Source: a virus
Strand: one strand, 5' to 3'
Virus record (IMG/VR): IMGVR_UViG_3300033153_001906
Coordinates: 32,001 to 96,000 of that record
DNA: 64,000 bases
The notes under the pieces are model-generated. The model had not been told where the DNA came from. It made no database searches and saw nothing but the letters and a program-made list of their open reading frames with translations. Shown here piece after piece: positions 48,383-56,697 of this stretch. Position 1 is the stretch's first letter. Each line of letters starts with the position of its first letter. A program made the translations under genes and the position numbers.

Positions 48383-49562
48383 TAATTTTACTCTTAGTGT
48401 ATACTACGTGTGGTTTTCCTACTTTGTTAATGATTATTTGTGTTGCTCCCTTCGATCTAAGGTGTGGCAACTCAAACTGCGTACGGAGCAAGGCTTTTTC
48501 CATTAGGTTTTGTAATCCTCTTGCTCCTGTTTTTTGCTTAGACGCTTGTTCTGCTATAGTCTCCAAAAATTCTTCTTCAAATAATAGTTCAACACCGTCA
48601 AGCGAAAATAAACTCTTATATTGATCCACCAAACAATCTTTTGGTTCTGTCAATATTCGTACTAATGATTCTGTTGTTAGTTCTGATAATGGAACTACAC
48701 TTGGGAACCGTCCTACAAATTCAGGAATCATTCCATATTCAATTAGATCCTCTGATGTAGTAGTCAATAATAACTCAAGTGCGGGTGGTTTGTCAACCTT
48801 TGATATAAATCCGATGCCTGTTGCATTTCGATCACTCCTCAATATAATCTTGTCAAGGCCCACAAATGCGCCCGCCGCGATGAACAGAATGTTGGTCGTA
48901 TCGAACTCACTACCGTTGGAAAGCTTGACTTGTGACCCCTCAACCAGTTTTAATAATGCTTGCTGTACGCCCTCACCAGACACATCTCTGTTGGTTGATG
49001 GTGATGAAATTTCCCTGCTTTTTTTATCTATCTCATCAATGTAAATAATGCCTTGTTGCGCAAGTTCAATGTCGCCATCCGCTTTTTCTAGCAAACGATC
49101 AACCATGCTGTCTACATCTTCGCCTACGTAGCCTGCCGATGTTAATGTGGTTGCATCTGCATGTACAAATGGTAATTTCAAAAGATTTGCAATCGTACTG
49201 ACCAATAATGTTTTGCCAGTTCCACTTGGGCCTATGAGCAATACATTAGATTTTTTGAGTGTTGTTTCTCCGACTACTGGATTATTGATACGCTTATTGT
49301 GATTATAAAGTGCTACTGCTAGTGCCTCTTTTGCACTACCCTGTTCTATCACATACGTATCTAAGTAGTGTTTGATTTCATGCGGGGTTGGTGTATCTGA
49401 ACTTGGCTGGCGCAATGTCTTTGTGCTGACTGCGCGATAGCCAACTTCTATACATTCTTCACAAATATAGACTGTTTCTTCGCCCTTGTCTGGGCCTGCA
49501 ATTATTTTCTTAACATCATTTCTAGTATTGGGACAAAAACTACATTTGATTGTATCAGTCAT
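48369..49562 (-). CDS. clpX: ClpX ATPase
   Basis: CSFC zinc domain, KSNVLLIGPSGTGKT, GYVGEDV, RDVSGEGVQQALLK, IGF, TGARGL. Confidence 0.97.
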   Translation of the reverse strand: MTDTIKCSFCPNTRNDVKKIIAGPDKGEETVYICEECIEVGYRAVSTKTLRQPSSDTPTPHEIKHYLDTYVIEQGSAKEALAVALYNHNKRINNPVVGETTLKKSNVLLIGPSGTGKTLLVSTIANLLKLPFVHADATTLTSAGYVGEDVDSMVDRLLEKADGDIELAQQGIIYIDEIDKKSREISSPSTNRDVSGEGVQQALLKLVEGSQVKLSNGSEFDTTNILFIAAGAFVGLDKIILRSDRNATGIGFISKVDKPPALELLLTTTSEDLIEYGMIPEFVGRFPSVVPLSELTTESLVRILTEPKDCLVDQYKSLFSLDGVELLFEEEFLETIAEQASKQKTGARGLQNLMEKALLRTQFELPHLRSKGATQIIINKVGKPHVVYTKSKINEQK

Positions 49563-50576
49563 TTATTTCTTCCTGAAGTGTTGTGGTGCGTATACGCCTT
49601 GGCCGTGGGGTTTTATTTCTTCATGCGGCTCGGCTGGTATCTCTATTGACTTTGCTTTATTCTCTGTGTTTGTAATTTCTACAGGTTCGTCTGTGGTTGT
49701 TTCTGGTTTTGGTGGAATCTTTTCATCTATGATTTCTGCCACGACTTCTGCTATAACTTCTGCTGGTACGAATTTCGTATCTGCATTTGGCACGATCTTT
49801 TTCTTAGGCGGCTTAGGCACACTAGGTGCCATACCAATTCTACCCATGAGTGTATAGTTACCAGCCATAAGCAATAGAATAGCCATTGGATCAAATACGA
49901 AAATAAACGCAATGATAACCATACGTACAGCTTCTTCTAAATTATTATCAGGATCGTCGTAAATGATCGCTGCAATATATTTGACAGGCCCAACTTCTAA
50001 TTCAAGTGCGTTTAGTTCTTGGTTGAGCAATAGTTTCGCATCTTCGTATTCATCAATAGAATCAAAAGATTCATCAATAATTCCTTTGAGTTGGTCACGT
50101 TGCGGTTGTTGATTAATGCGTACAATCTTTGACCCTTCAGTGGGGTGGCTAATCTTTCTAGCGTCTACGAGTACTCGCACAGTATCATCTAATTGGTCAA
50201 TGATAAGTTCTGCATCTGCAATTTCAGACTGTTCTCTGGTAATACGCTGATCTAAGCGTTCGATTTTTGCAGAGTTATTTGCGACGGGCGCGACTTGTTC
50301 AATATGTGCTTTAGATAGTAAACCAAAAATACCCATACTCGTAAGTAAAACTGCAATGAATGTAACAGGAATCATTACATACTTTAATCTGGTTTTGTGT
50401 TCCCAATGCCTGTATATCCAAGTGATGCCAACGACCTTACCAGCCTCGACAACGATTCCCATTATCATTCCATAGAGAGGCAAACCAGCAAAAAGTACCA
50501 TTATACCTTCGATAGCGAACCATGCGGCGACTGTAGATAATGCCAGCCCCGTTAAGAGAGTTATATATCCGAACAT
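49563..50576 (-). CDS. Membrane plus coiled-coil conserved phage protein
   Basis: TM helices, TSMGIFG.LSKAH, EVGPVKY, FVFDP. Confidence 0.75.
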   Translation of the reverse strand: MFGYITLLTGLALSTVAAWFAIEGIMVLFAGLPLYGMIMGIVVEAGKVVGITWIYRHWEHKTRLKYVMIPVTFIAVLLTSMGIFGLLSKAHIEQVAPVANNSAKIERLDQRITREQSEIADAELIIDQLDDTVRVLVDARKISHPTEGSKIVRINQQPQRDQLKGIIDESFDSIDEYEDAKLLLNQELNALELEVGPVKYIAAIIYDDPDNNLEEAVRMVIIAFIFVFDPMAILLLMAGNYTLMGRIGMAPSVPKPPKKKIVPNADTKFVPAEVIAEVVAEIIDEKIPPKPETTTDEPVEITNTENKAKSIEIPAEPHEEIKPHGQGVYAPQHFRKK

Positions 50577-50581
50577 ATGTA

Positions 50582-50589
50582 TATTTATC
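50582..50589 (-). promoter_or_regulatory. Late promoter (leaderless)
   Basis: GATAAATA 5 nt before ATG 50576. Confidence 0.7.
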
Positions 50590-50615
50590 TACTTTTCACA
50601 GTCATAAACACTGGT

Positions 50616-50963
50616 TTAGTCATCATTCAGCAGCGAGCCGTCCAACTTGCCCTTAAATACTTGCTTTTTAGTGATTGTTGTAAACTTCAAATCGTGTGGG
50701 CCGACAATGATTGTCGTGCCTGGAATTGCTTCTACAAAGCGTTCTTTAATTCTATCGAGATATTGAAGAAACTTGTTTGGTGGCATTCCCATGTTGTTTT
50801 CTACATAGATATACAACGCATCATTATCACCCACTTCAACGTGTGTGCTACAAACACTTTGCGCGCTTTTGTAGTCGGGGTGGTTAACATCTGGCTCTGG
50901 TACAATCCCCGAAAAAATATCCTGAGCGAAATGGTTAACTCCACTTGGCGGACCCACGCTCAT
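50616..50963 (-). CDS. Hypothetical protein with KxxFxxKL motif
   Basis: KQVFKGKLDG near C-terminus. Confidence 0.65.
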   Translation of the reverse strand: MSVGPPSGVNHFAQDIFSGIVPEPDVNHPDYKSAQSVCSTHVEVGDNDALYIYVENNMGMPPNKFLQYLDRIKERFVEAIPGTTIIVGPHDLKFTTITKKQVFKGKLDGSLLNDD

Positions 50964-51523
50964 ATTTCTGGCTCACTGTATCTGCTGCAACTCTTTGGTG
51001 TTTCCCACCATTCAACTTCACCAACTTTCACGCCAAGCTTTGCCATTTTTACTGCTGCGAGTTCGTATGCCCACTTCGATAGATTCTCAGAAGTAGGAAT
51101 AAAATCAACTATGAAAAAGCTTTCCAAGTATTCATACTCAGGGTGGTCGGATGTAAACCCACGCAATTCTTCGTCCATATCAATAACGTGGCCTGCGATG
51201 TGGTCTGTATCTGGTACAAACACTGGCTTCAATTGCTTGCGTACACCAATCATTCTCTGATACAGCGGATCACTATGATCTATGATGAATCTGTGATCTA
51301 CAGTTTCGTCAAAGAATTTCTTGAGCCAACTTAGATGCAAGAAATCTGTTACCATTCCTTGCTCGTCTAGTTCGTCACCTTGCAAATGAATATGCACTTC
51401 TGCTTCGTGTCCATGCAAATGTCTGCAAACACACTTACGATCAAGTGCAAATTCACTCTCTAGCTTCTGTACCCAAACGCGATGACCGTATGCAAAGTTG
51501 AATTGCTTACTAATCTTCCACAT
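50960..51523 (-). CDS. queD: 6-carboxytetrahydropterin synthase
   Basis: F.YGHR, CRHLHGH, GMVTDF, DH.F, PTSENL, WETP. Confidence 0.92.
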   Translation of the reverse strand: MWKISKQFNFAYGHRVWVQKLESEFALDRKCVCRHLHGHEAEVHIHLQGDELDEQGMVTDFLHLSWLKKFFDETVDHRFIIDHSDPLYQRMIGVRKQLKPVFVPDTDHIAGHVIDMDEELRGFTSDHPEYEYLESFFIVDFIPTSENLSKWAYELAAVKMAKLGVKVGEVEWWETPKSCSRYSEPEI

Positions 51524-51690
51524 TAGAATTTGCCGTTATTCATTACATCAAAAAGAATATACAAATTTTCTTCTGCTTTTTGTTTACTAGAAAACCCCTG
51601 TGAAGATGCACCAACAATTTTTCCATTTGCTGCCTGTACGCGCCAGCGATGCTTTCCACCCTTGTCTATATAATATTCAATCTTGTCCAT
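51523..51690 (-). CDS. YegP/DUF1508-like protein (missed by ORF track)
   Basis: [43 protein letters not shown]. Confidence 0.75.
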   Translation of the reverse strand: MDKIEYYIDKGGKHRWRVQAANGKIVGASSQGFSSKQKAEENLYILFDVMNNGKF

Positions 51691-52003
51691 TTTCCTCTCC
51701 TGCTATATATGCTGTGCTGCCTGTACCCCAATGACGAGGCCGATTTACTTCTGGTCCTCGTGTCTTGGCTGGTTGACCAAATGCATCTTTCGATGGGATT
51801 ACAACTTCACTGAAATCAGTGTATCCTGCTGCAATCTCACGCAATGCAATTACTGTTGGTTTATCTTTATCTGGTGATACAAGTGGTTGTGCGCCATGCT
51901 GCAACTGATGGGCGCGATTTGCAGCAATTAGAATCATATGAAAGATTCCTCCGCCCGCTGCTACCACTGTGGTTAGTGAATCTTCAACTGTTACTCTTGC
52001 CAT
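51677..52003 (-). CDS. rpoZ: RNA polymerase omega subunit
   Basis: [32 protein letters not shown]. Confidence 0.92.
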   Translation of the reverse strand: MARVTVEDSLTTVVAAGGGIFHMILIAANRAHQLQHGAQPLVSPDKDKPTVIALREIAAGYTDFSEVVIPSKDAFGQPAKTRGPEVNRPRHWGTGSTAYIAGEENGQD

Positions 52004-52154
52004 CTTTATTTTCCTCTATAAATTCTGTTAACATATCATTAATTAATTGGTTCAATGTAATATCTTTCTCATGTGCTTTCTGCATTAGATAAAAGAGATC
52101 ATCTTCTTCAAAATCAATTTCCACATCTACCATCTTTTCTTTCTTTTCACTCAT
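51984..52154 (-). CDS. Small conserved phage protein
   Basis: [25 protein letters not shown]. Confidence 0.6.
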   Translation of the reverse strand: MSEKKEKMVDVEIDFEEDDLFYLMQKAHEKDITLNQLINDMLTEFIEENKDGKSNS

Positions 52155-52831
52155 TTGTAATCCCTCGCAAGTGCCATAAATTCTGCGCGTGTCGCTGGAT
52201 CACCTTTGAATCCACCGCCTAGTTTGCTGGTTATTGTGCTTGAACCAGTATCTTCAATTCCTCTGCTCTTGACACAGAAATGATCTGCGTCAATTACTAC
52301 TGCAACCTGTTCTGTTTTAAGTATGTAACAGAGTGCATGATAAATCTGTGCTGTTAATCTTTCTTGTACTTGTGGTCTACGCGCAAAATATTCTGCTACG
52401 CGATTAAGCTTCGATAGACCAATAACTTTCCCATTTGGGATATAGCCAATTGTCGCTTTGCCCACGATGCCAACAAAATGATGCTCACATACAGACATGA
52501 TATTGATGTTCTTTTCGACCAGCATTTCATCGTAATTGAATTCATTCTCTACGACTGTGATCTTGGGGAAGTTTTCTATTCGTAATCCATAGAATGTTTC
52601 ATCCACATACATCTTTGCTACTCGCTTCGGCGTATCTTGTAAGCTATCGTTTTCAAGGTCAAGACCAAGAACAGTCATGGTTGATTGCACATTCTTTCCA
52701 ATCAACTCAACCATTAGGTCTTCGTTCATTGCTTCCCTTGCTGCAAATGGCGTTTCCACGCCCAACTCAAGTAAGTGTTCGTGAATCTCTTGCCCAAGTA
52801 CTGCGTCTGTTTTATTTTTATTAAGCGCCAT
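52151..52831 (-). CDS. folE: GTP cyclohydrolase I
   Basis: DTPKRVAKMY, CEHHF, GLSKLNR, RPQVQERLT, HFCVKSRG. Confidence 0.96.
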   Translation of the reverse strand: MALNKNKTDAVLGQEIHEHLLELGVETPFAAREAMNEDLMVELIGKNVQSTMTVLGLDLENDSLQDTPKRVAKMYVDETFYGLRIENFPKITVVENEFNYDEMLVEKNINIMSVCEHHFVGIVGKATIGYIPNGKVIGLSKLNRVAEYFARRPQVQERLTAQIYHALCYILKTEQVAVVIDADHFCVKSRGIEDTGSSTITSKLGGGFKGDPATRAEFMALARDYK

Positions 52832-53683
52832 TTTCGTTTTGATTCCAACTGTAGTATTGTGATCGGGTTTGGATGCCTTGAAGACTTTGCATCGCTTCCA
52901 TTTTCTCTGATGCAGTATGCGCCATTGCAGCTTTGCTCATTATGCGTGACATTTCTGTTATATCACTTATTGCACGTTGCATATCCATTTGGCTGCGAGT
53001 AAACTCGCGCTCCATTGTAGCCATTTTCTCAATCAACTGTTTCAACGGCCCAGGCTTGCCATTATACGTGCCCTCCAACTTTTTGATGAATTTAAGCTTT
53101 GAAAATTCATCTTTAAGATCGCCCTCGTCTGATATATTCTGTAAGATAGCATCAAACAGATCAATAAGTTCAGGATCAAAATCAAACCCTTGTTTTTCGT
53201 ATTGGTTCATTAGTATTTGCTCTTGAAATTCGTAATGAAGTTATCAACTGCGCTCTGGTCAATATTAATGGCATAGTTCTGTCCCAATGGATCAGGATTC
53301 GCTATTGCTATAAATGCGTTTGCTACGCCACGCATATCAGTGTTGTAGTTGTTTACTTTTGTTTCCAATTCTGTGATTCTAACCTCTGCGTCGATTGATT
53401 TACTTCGTTCAGTAGAAAGGTCTATCTGTAGATCGTGAATACATTTCTGCTGGTCTTCAACAAAAGCCAATAAACTTTCAACAAACTTCTTAGAATCTTC
53501 ACCCTTTAATTTCTGGTGGAAATCAATCTTTTTGGATAAGTCTTTGAATAAGCCATTTTCGACGCCTTGAATTACAAAGTCGATCTTCTCTATTGTTGCT
53601 TCGCTTGGCTTCTCAATATAGTATTGAACTGGTGCGCCGCCTGTTCCTGAATTCATTGTTTTTCTGCCTCTGTCTCTGCCCAT
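52821..53683 (-). CDS. Two coiled-coil hypothetical genes (52821..53210, 53210..53683)
   Basis: KLKFIKKLEG and KIDFHQKLKG motifs. Confidence 0.7.
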
Positions 53684-53822
53684 TCTTTTATGTGCTGCAT
53701 AGTTTCAAGTAGCCCTTGTCTATAACATTCGCTACACTGTTCATGCCACGCACGGCACATATCTTCCATTTCTGGTTTTGTGAATTCATCCCCACATTCA
53801 GTACAATTCTTCATTATTATCC

Positions 53823-54698
53823 TTATACAGCCATTTTTGGCTTGTTCTTAATGTCTGGTTCTGCGACATAATTTGTCAGTGATACATCATTATACTCTAA
53901 TTCTAATAGATCGTCAAGTTTATTTAGGTCTTTTAGAATTTCTAATTGAGGAAGTGGATGTGGTGTACGCTCTAGTTGCTCATTCACCATATCAAATTGA
54001 TTCTTGTATATGTGAACGTCGTTACCAGTGTACGAAAGAATTCCTGGTTTATATCCCAAAAGTTTTGCAAGAGCCATATTTAGGAATGCGTAATTCATAA
54101 TATTGTATGGTAGACCAAATGGAACATCATTACTGCGCATCATAAAATTAGAGTTTAACCTTCCATCTGGCGTGACCTGATATTGTTGTAATATATGACA
54201 GGGCGGTAACGCGCATTTTTCTATTTGTTGTGGATTCCATGCGCTTATGATATGTCTTCGGCTGAACGGATCGTTTTTGATTTGTTCTATCATCTGCACT
54301 AACTGGTCGATTCCTGTGTAGTGCCAGTCTTCGGGACTGTCTGCTGTGTCCCAGCCGCCAAAGTTTCGCCATTGGTGGCCGTACCCATAGCCCATATCGC
54401 CCTCTTCTAGCCAATCTAAACCTCTTGCGTCCAGAAATTCTCTTGTTGTATTTCCTGTCCATATGTGTATATTCTTTTCTTCTAGTTCTTTCGTTTGTCT
54501 GCCACCACGTAGCATAAACATGGTTTCTTCGAATGAAATACGAAACGCTACTTTGCGCGTAGTAATGATTGGGAATCCCTCTTCTAAATTCCAATGTAAC
54601 ATTCTGCCCCAAACTGAGCGTGAACCAATGCCAGTTCGATCATCTTTGTCGAACCCATTGTCCATTATATCTTGTAGTAAATCTAAGTAATTTTTCAT
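53823..54698 (-). CDS. thyA: Thymidylate synthase
   Basis: DRTG, YGHQWR, SRRHIISAWNP, LPPCH, RSND, HIYKN. Confidence 0.97.
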   Translation of the reverse strand: MKNYLDLLQDIMDNGFDKDDRTGIGSRSVWGRMLHWNLEEGFPIITTRKVAFRISFEETMFMLRGGRQTKELEEKNIHIWTGNTTREFLDARGLDWLEEGDMGYGYGHQWRNFGGWDTADSPEDWHYTGIDQLVQMIEQIKNDPFSRRHIISAWNPQQIEKCALPPCHILQQYQVTPDGRLNSNFMMRSNDVPFGLPYNIMNYAFLNMALAKLLGYKPGILSYTGNDVHIYKNQFDMVNEQLERTPHPLPQLEILKDLNKLDDLLELEYNDVSLTNYVAEPDIKNKPKMAV

Positions 54699-54699
54699 T

Positions 54700-55390
54700 T
54701 TAGTCGTCTAGTGCCCCTTCGCCCATCTTACCCATTACCTTCATCATTCGCCGCCTGGGTTTAGGTGTGGTTTTGCCCCGTTTAAGCCGATACTGAAAAA
54801 CCTCTTTTCGCAAGCTATTATTTTCTTCTTCTAATTCAATAACTCTAGTTTTCAGTTTTCGAATCTTATTGGCTTTTCGTTTTCTCAAAAATTTCATTAG
54901 TGCGGCCCAGGATCATTGGTTCTATTATTGTCACCATGCTTTAAACGATTAGTAAATTTCCGTTTCTTGGCGTCCCGCGTCAGTTTCTTTTGGATAGTTT
55001 TCCAATCAACCCAGCTTGGAACTTTTTTCCATTTAACTATTTTGGAAGCCATTCTAAACACCCATTTTCATCTATGATACGAATATCTTTTTCTTGCTCT
55101 TGTGCAATGTCCCACTGTAAAGATAGATATTCTTCCAATTCGTGATTTGTGAGTGATATGGGGCCGTTAGCAGAATTCCCCCACATTTGCCACTTATCGC
55201 CGAGTTTCATTATTTGGTGCATTTCTTCTGTTGCTGTATTGCAAATGGTGAATGTCACGCCACTCGCAACTCTCAATACTTTAACGCGAAGTTTTCCTTT
55301 TAACCTGTCAACAAATTTCTGCTTTGCATCTGGATCAGGAACCATAGATGGTTTGATAATTTCTGTAGTTGGTTGAGAAAATCGTGTCAT
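54700..55390 (-). CDS. Three small genes, each with the KxxFxxRLK motif (54700..54897, 54897..55052, 55037..55390)
   Basis: KEVFQYRLKRG, KRKFTNRLKHG, KQKFVDRLKG. Confidence 0.65.
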
Positions 55391-55396
55391 ATAACG

Positions 55397-55425
55397 AGTA
55401 TACAACAAAAAAAGCAGTACGTCAA
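55397..55425 (-). promoter_or_regulatory. Sigma70-type promoter (leaderless) overlapping a terminator
   Basis: TTGACG-N17-TATACT; ATG 6 nt later. Confidence 0.7.
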
Positions 55426-55436
55426 GTACTGCTTTT
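55407..55436 (-). terminator. Intrinsic terminator
   Basis: AAAAGCAGTAC-TTGAC-GTACTGCTTTTTTT. Confidence 0.8.
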
Positions 55437-55457
55437 CCTAAATTTAAATTGTGGGAG

Positions 55458-55856
55458 TTATTCTCCGCTTTTTAGCTTATCGACAAACTCTAGTTTCTTT
55501 AAATGTCGATTTCGAAGATATTGCGCATATTTTGTAATACTATAGACGAGTAATGCGCCAGTTGCTACTATTGGAACCAATCCCCATGCTATAAATAGTG
55601 CAACACCCACTCCTGCAAGAGTAACTGCGTCCATAAGAATCGCCCCTGGGTGTGTCTCATTAAAGAGATTGTATATTCTTCCCTTGGAGTCTTTACTCCA
55701 ACCAAACATTAAATCATTATCGTCGTTGCCCATATTTCCGTTTTTCACGTAATATGGTATTGTGCGAAATAAACGAAATAACAAAACTGGAACAAAAAAC
55801 GCAATCATGGCATATGCGATATACCATGATATGGTGAAATATAGTGCGCCGTCCAT
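55458..55856 (-). CDS. Membrane protein, probable paralog of 26278..26850
   Basis: TM helices; ends KLEFVDKLKSGE. Confidence 0.7.
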   Translation of the reverse strand: MDGALYFTISWYIAYAMIAFFVPVLLFRLFRTIPYYVKNGNMGNDDNDLMFGWSKDSKGRIYNLFNETHPGAILMDAVTLAGVGVALFIAWGLVPIVATGALLVYSITKYAQYLRNRHLKKLEFVDKLKSGE

Positions 55857-55866
55857 GTAGAATTCC

Positions 55867-56562
55867 TTATAGTAAGCTTGCTGTGGTTTGAATTACTGGT
55901 TCATAATAGAAGAGGTGGGTGTCGATCTTCGCTTTCAATATCATGTACTCGTTCCAATACGGAGAAACATAGTCTGCATGATAATGCGTTGAACCATACG
56001 TGAAGTCAAACATAGCCATATCTGCATCGAGCATAGCACTAGCAACTAGCGCAATACTATCATATGATGCATAATTGCGGGGACGATCTGACAAGCCATC
56101 CCAATACCAAGAAAATTGATTGCTGTCGTAAACTACGTCGCAAACTTCACTTGACCAACGTGCCTCTTGTAAGCGGTTCAGCGTTACAAGCGCAATAGCA
56201 ACTTGGCCTTTAAGAGACTCATTGCGAGCCTCAAAATATATATTTTTAGCAAGACATACGTGTTCTGCTGCTGTATAACTTCTGTCGTTGACAAATATGA
56301 ATTCTGGCTCTACAGAATTTAGACTTTCAGCTTCGTAGTCGTGATACCAGTCTGGTGAACCACCAAGACCAACCTCATTGTCGATTGCATCCCACATTGT
56401 TACAACGCCTTTGCGTGTTTGTGGGAGTTCAACTGCGACGGTAATCATATCGGGGCGAGTCAACACATTAACTACAGCATAAGTCGCTGGTGCAGCCAAC
56501 AGGACACCAGCAATAGCTGTAAACGTGATAATACCGTTTTGAATTCGTTTCATTGTGTTCAT
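55867..56562 (-). CDS. Cell wall hydrolase, SleB/Hydrolase_2 family
   Basis: CLAKNIYFEARNES..VTLNR..QFSW..THYHADYVSPYW..HLFY. Confidence 0.92.
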   Translation of the reverse strand: MNTMKRIQNGIITFTAIAGVLLAAPATYAVVNVLTRPDMITVAVELPQTRKGVVTMWDAIDNEVGLGGSPDWYHDYEAESLNSVEPEFIFVNDRSYTAAEHVCLAKNIYFEARNESLKGQVAIALVTLNRLQEARWSSEVCDVVYDSNQFSWYWDGLSDRPRNYASYDSIALVASAMLDADMAMFDFTYGSTHYHADYVSPYWNEYMILKAKIDTHLFYYEPVIQTTASLL

Positions 56563-56594
56563 TTATTACTTCTCATGCGACAATGTATTCATAC

Positions 56595-56623
56595 ATTATA
56601 CGCAAATAAACAGGAAATGTCAA
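56595..56623 (-). promoter_or_regulatory. Sigma70-type promoter
   Basis: TTGACA-N17-TATAAT. Confidence 0.8.
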
Positions 56624-56641
56624 TACCTAAATCCCGTATAA

Positions 56642-56693
56642 AATCAAGCACTTACGAAGCCCGTTTAATTCGGGGCCTCGTAAGTCATTGATT
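56642..56693. promoter_or_regulatory. Inverted pair of IHF-consensus sites
   Basis: AATCAAGCACTTA 56642..56654 and inverted AATCAATGACTTA 56681..56693. Confidence 0.6.
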
Positions 56694-56697
56694 TTTC

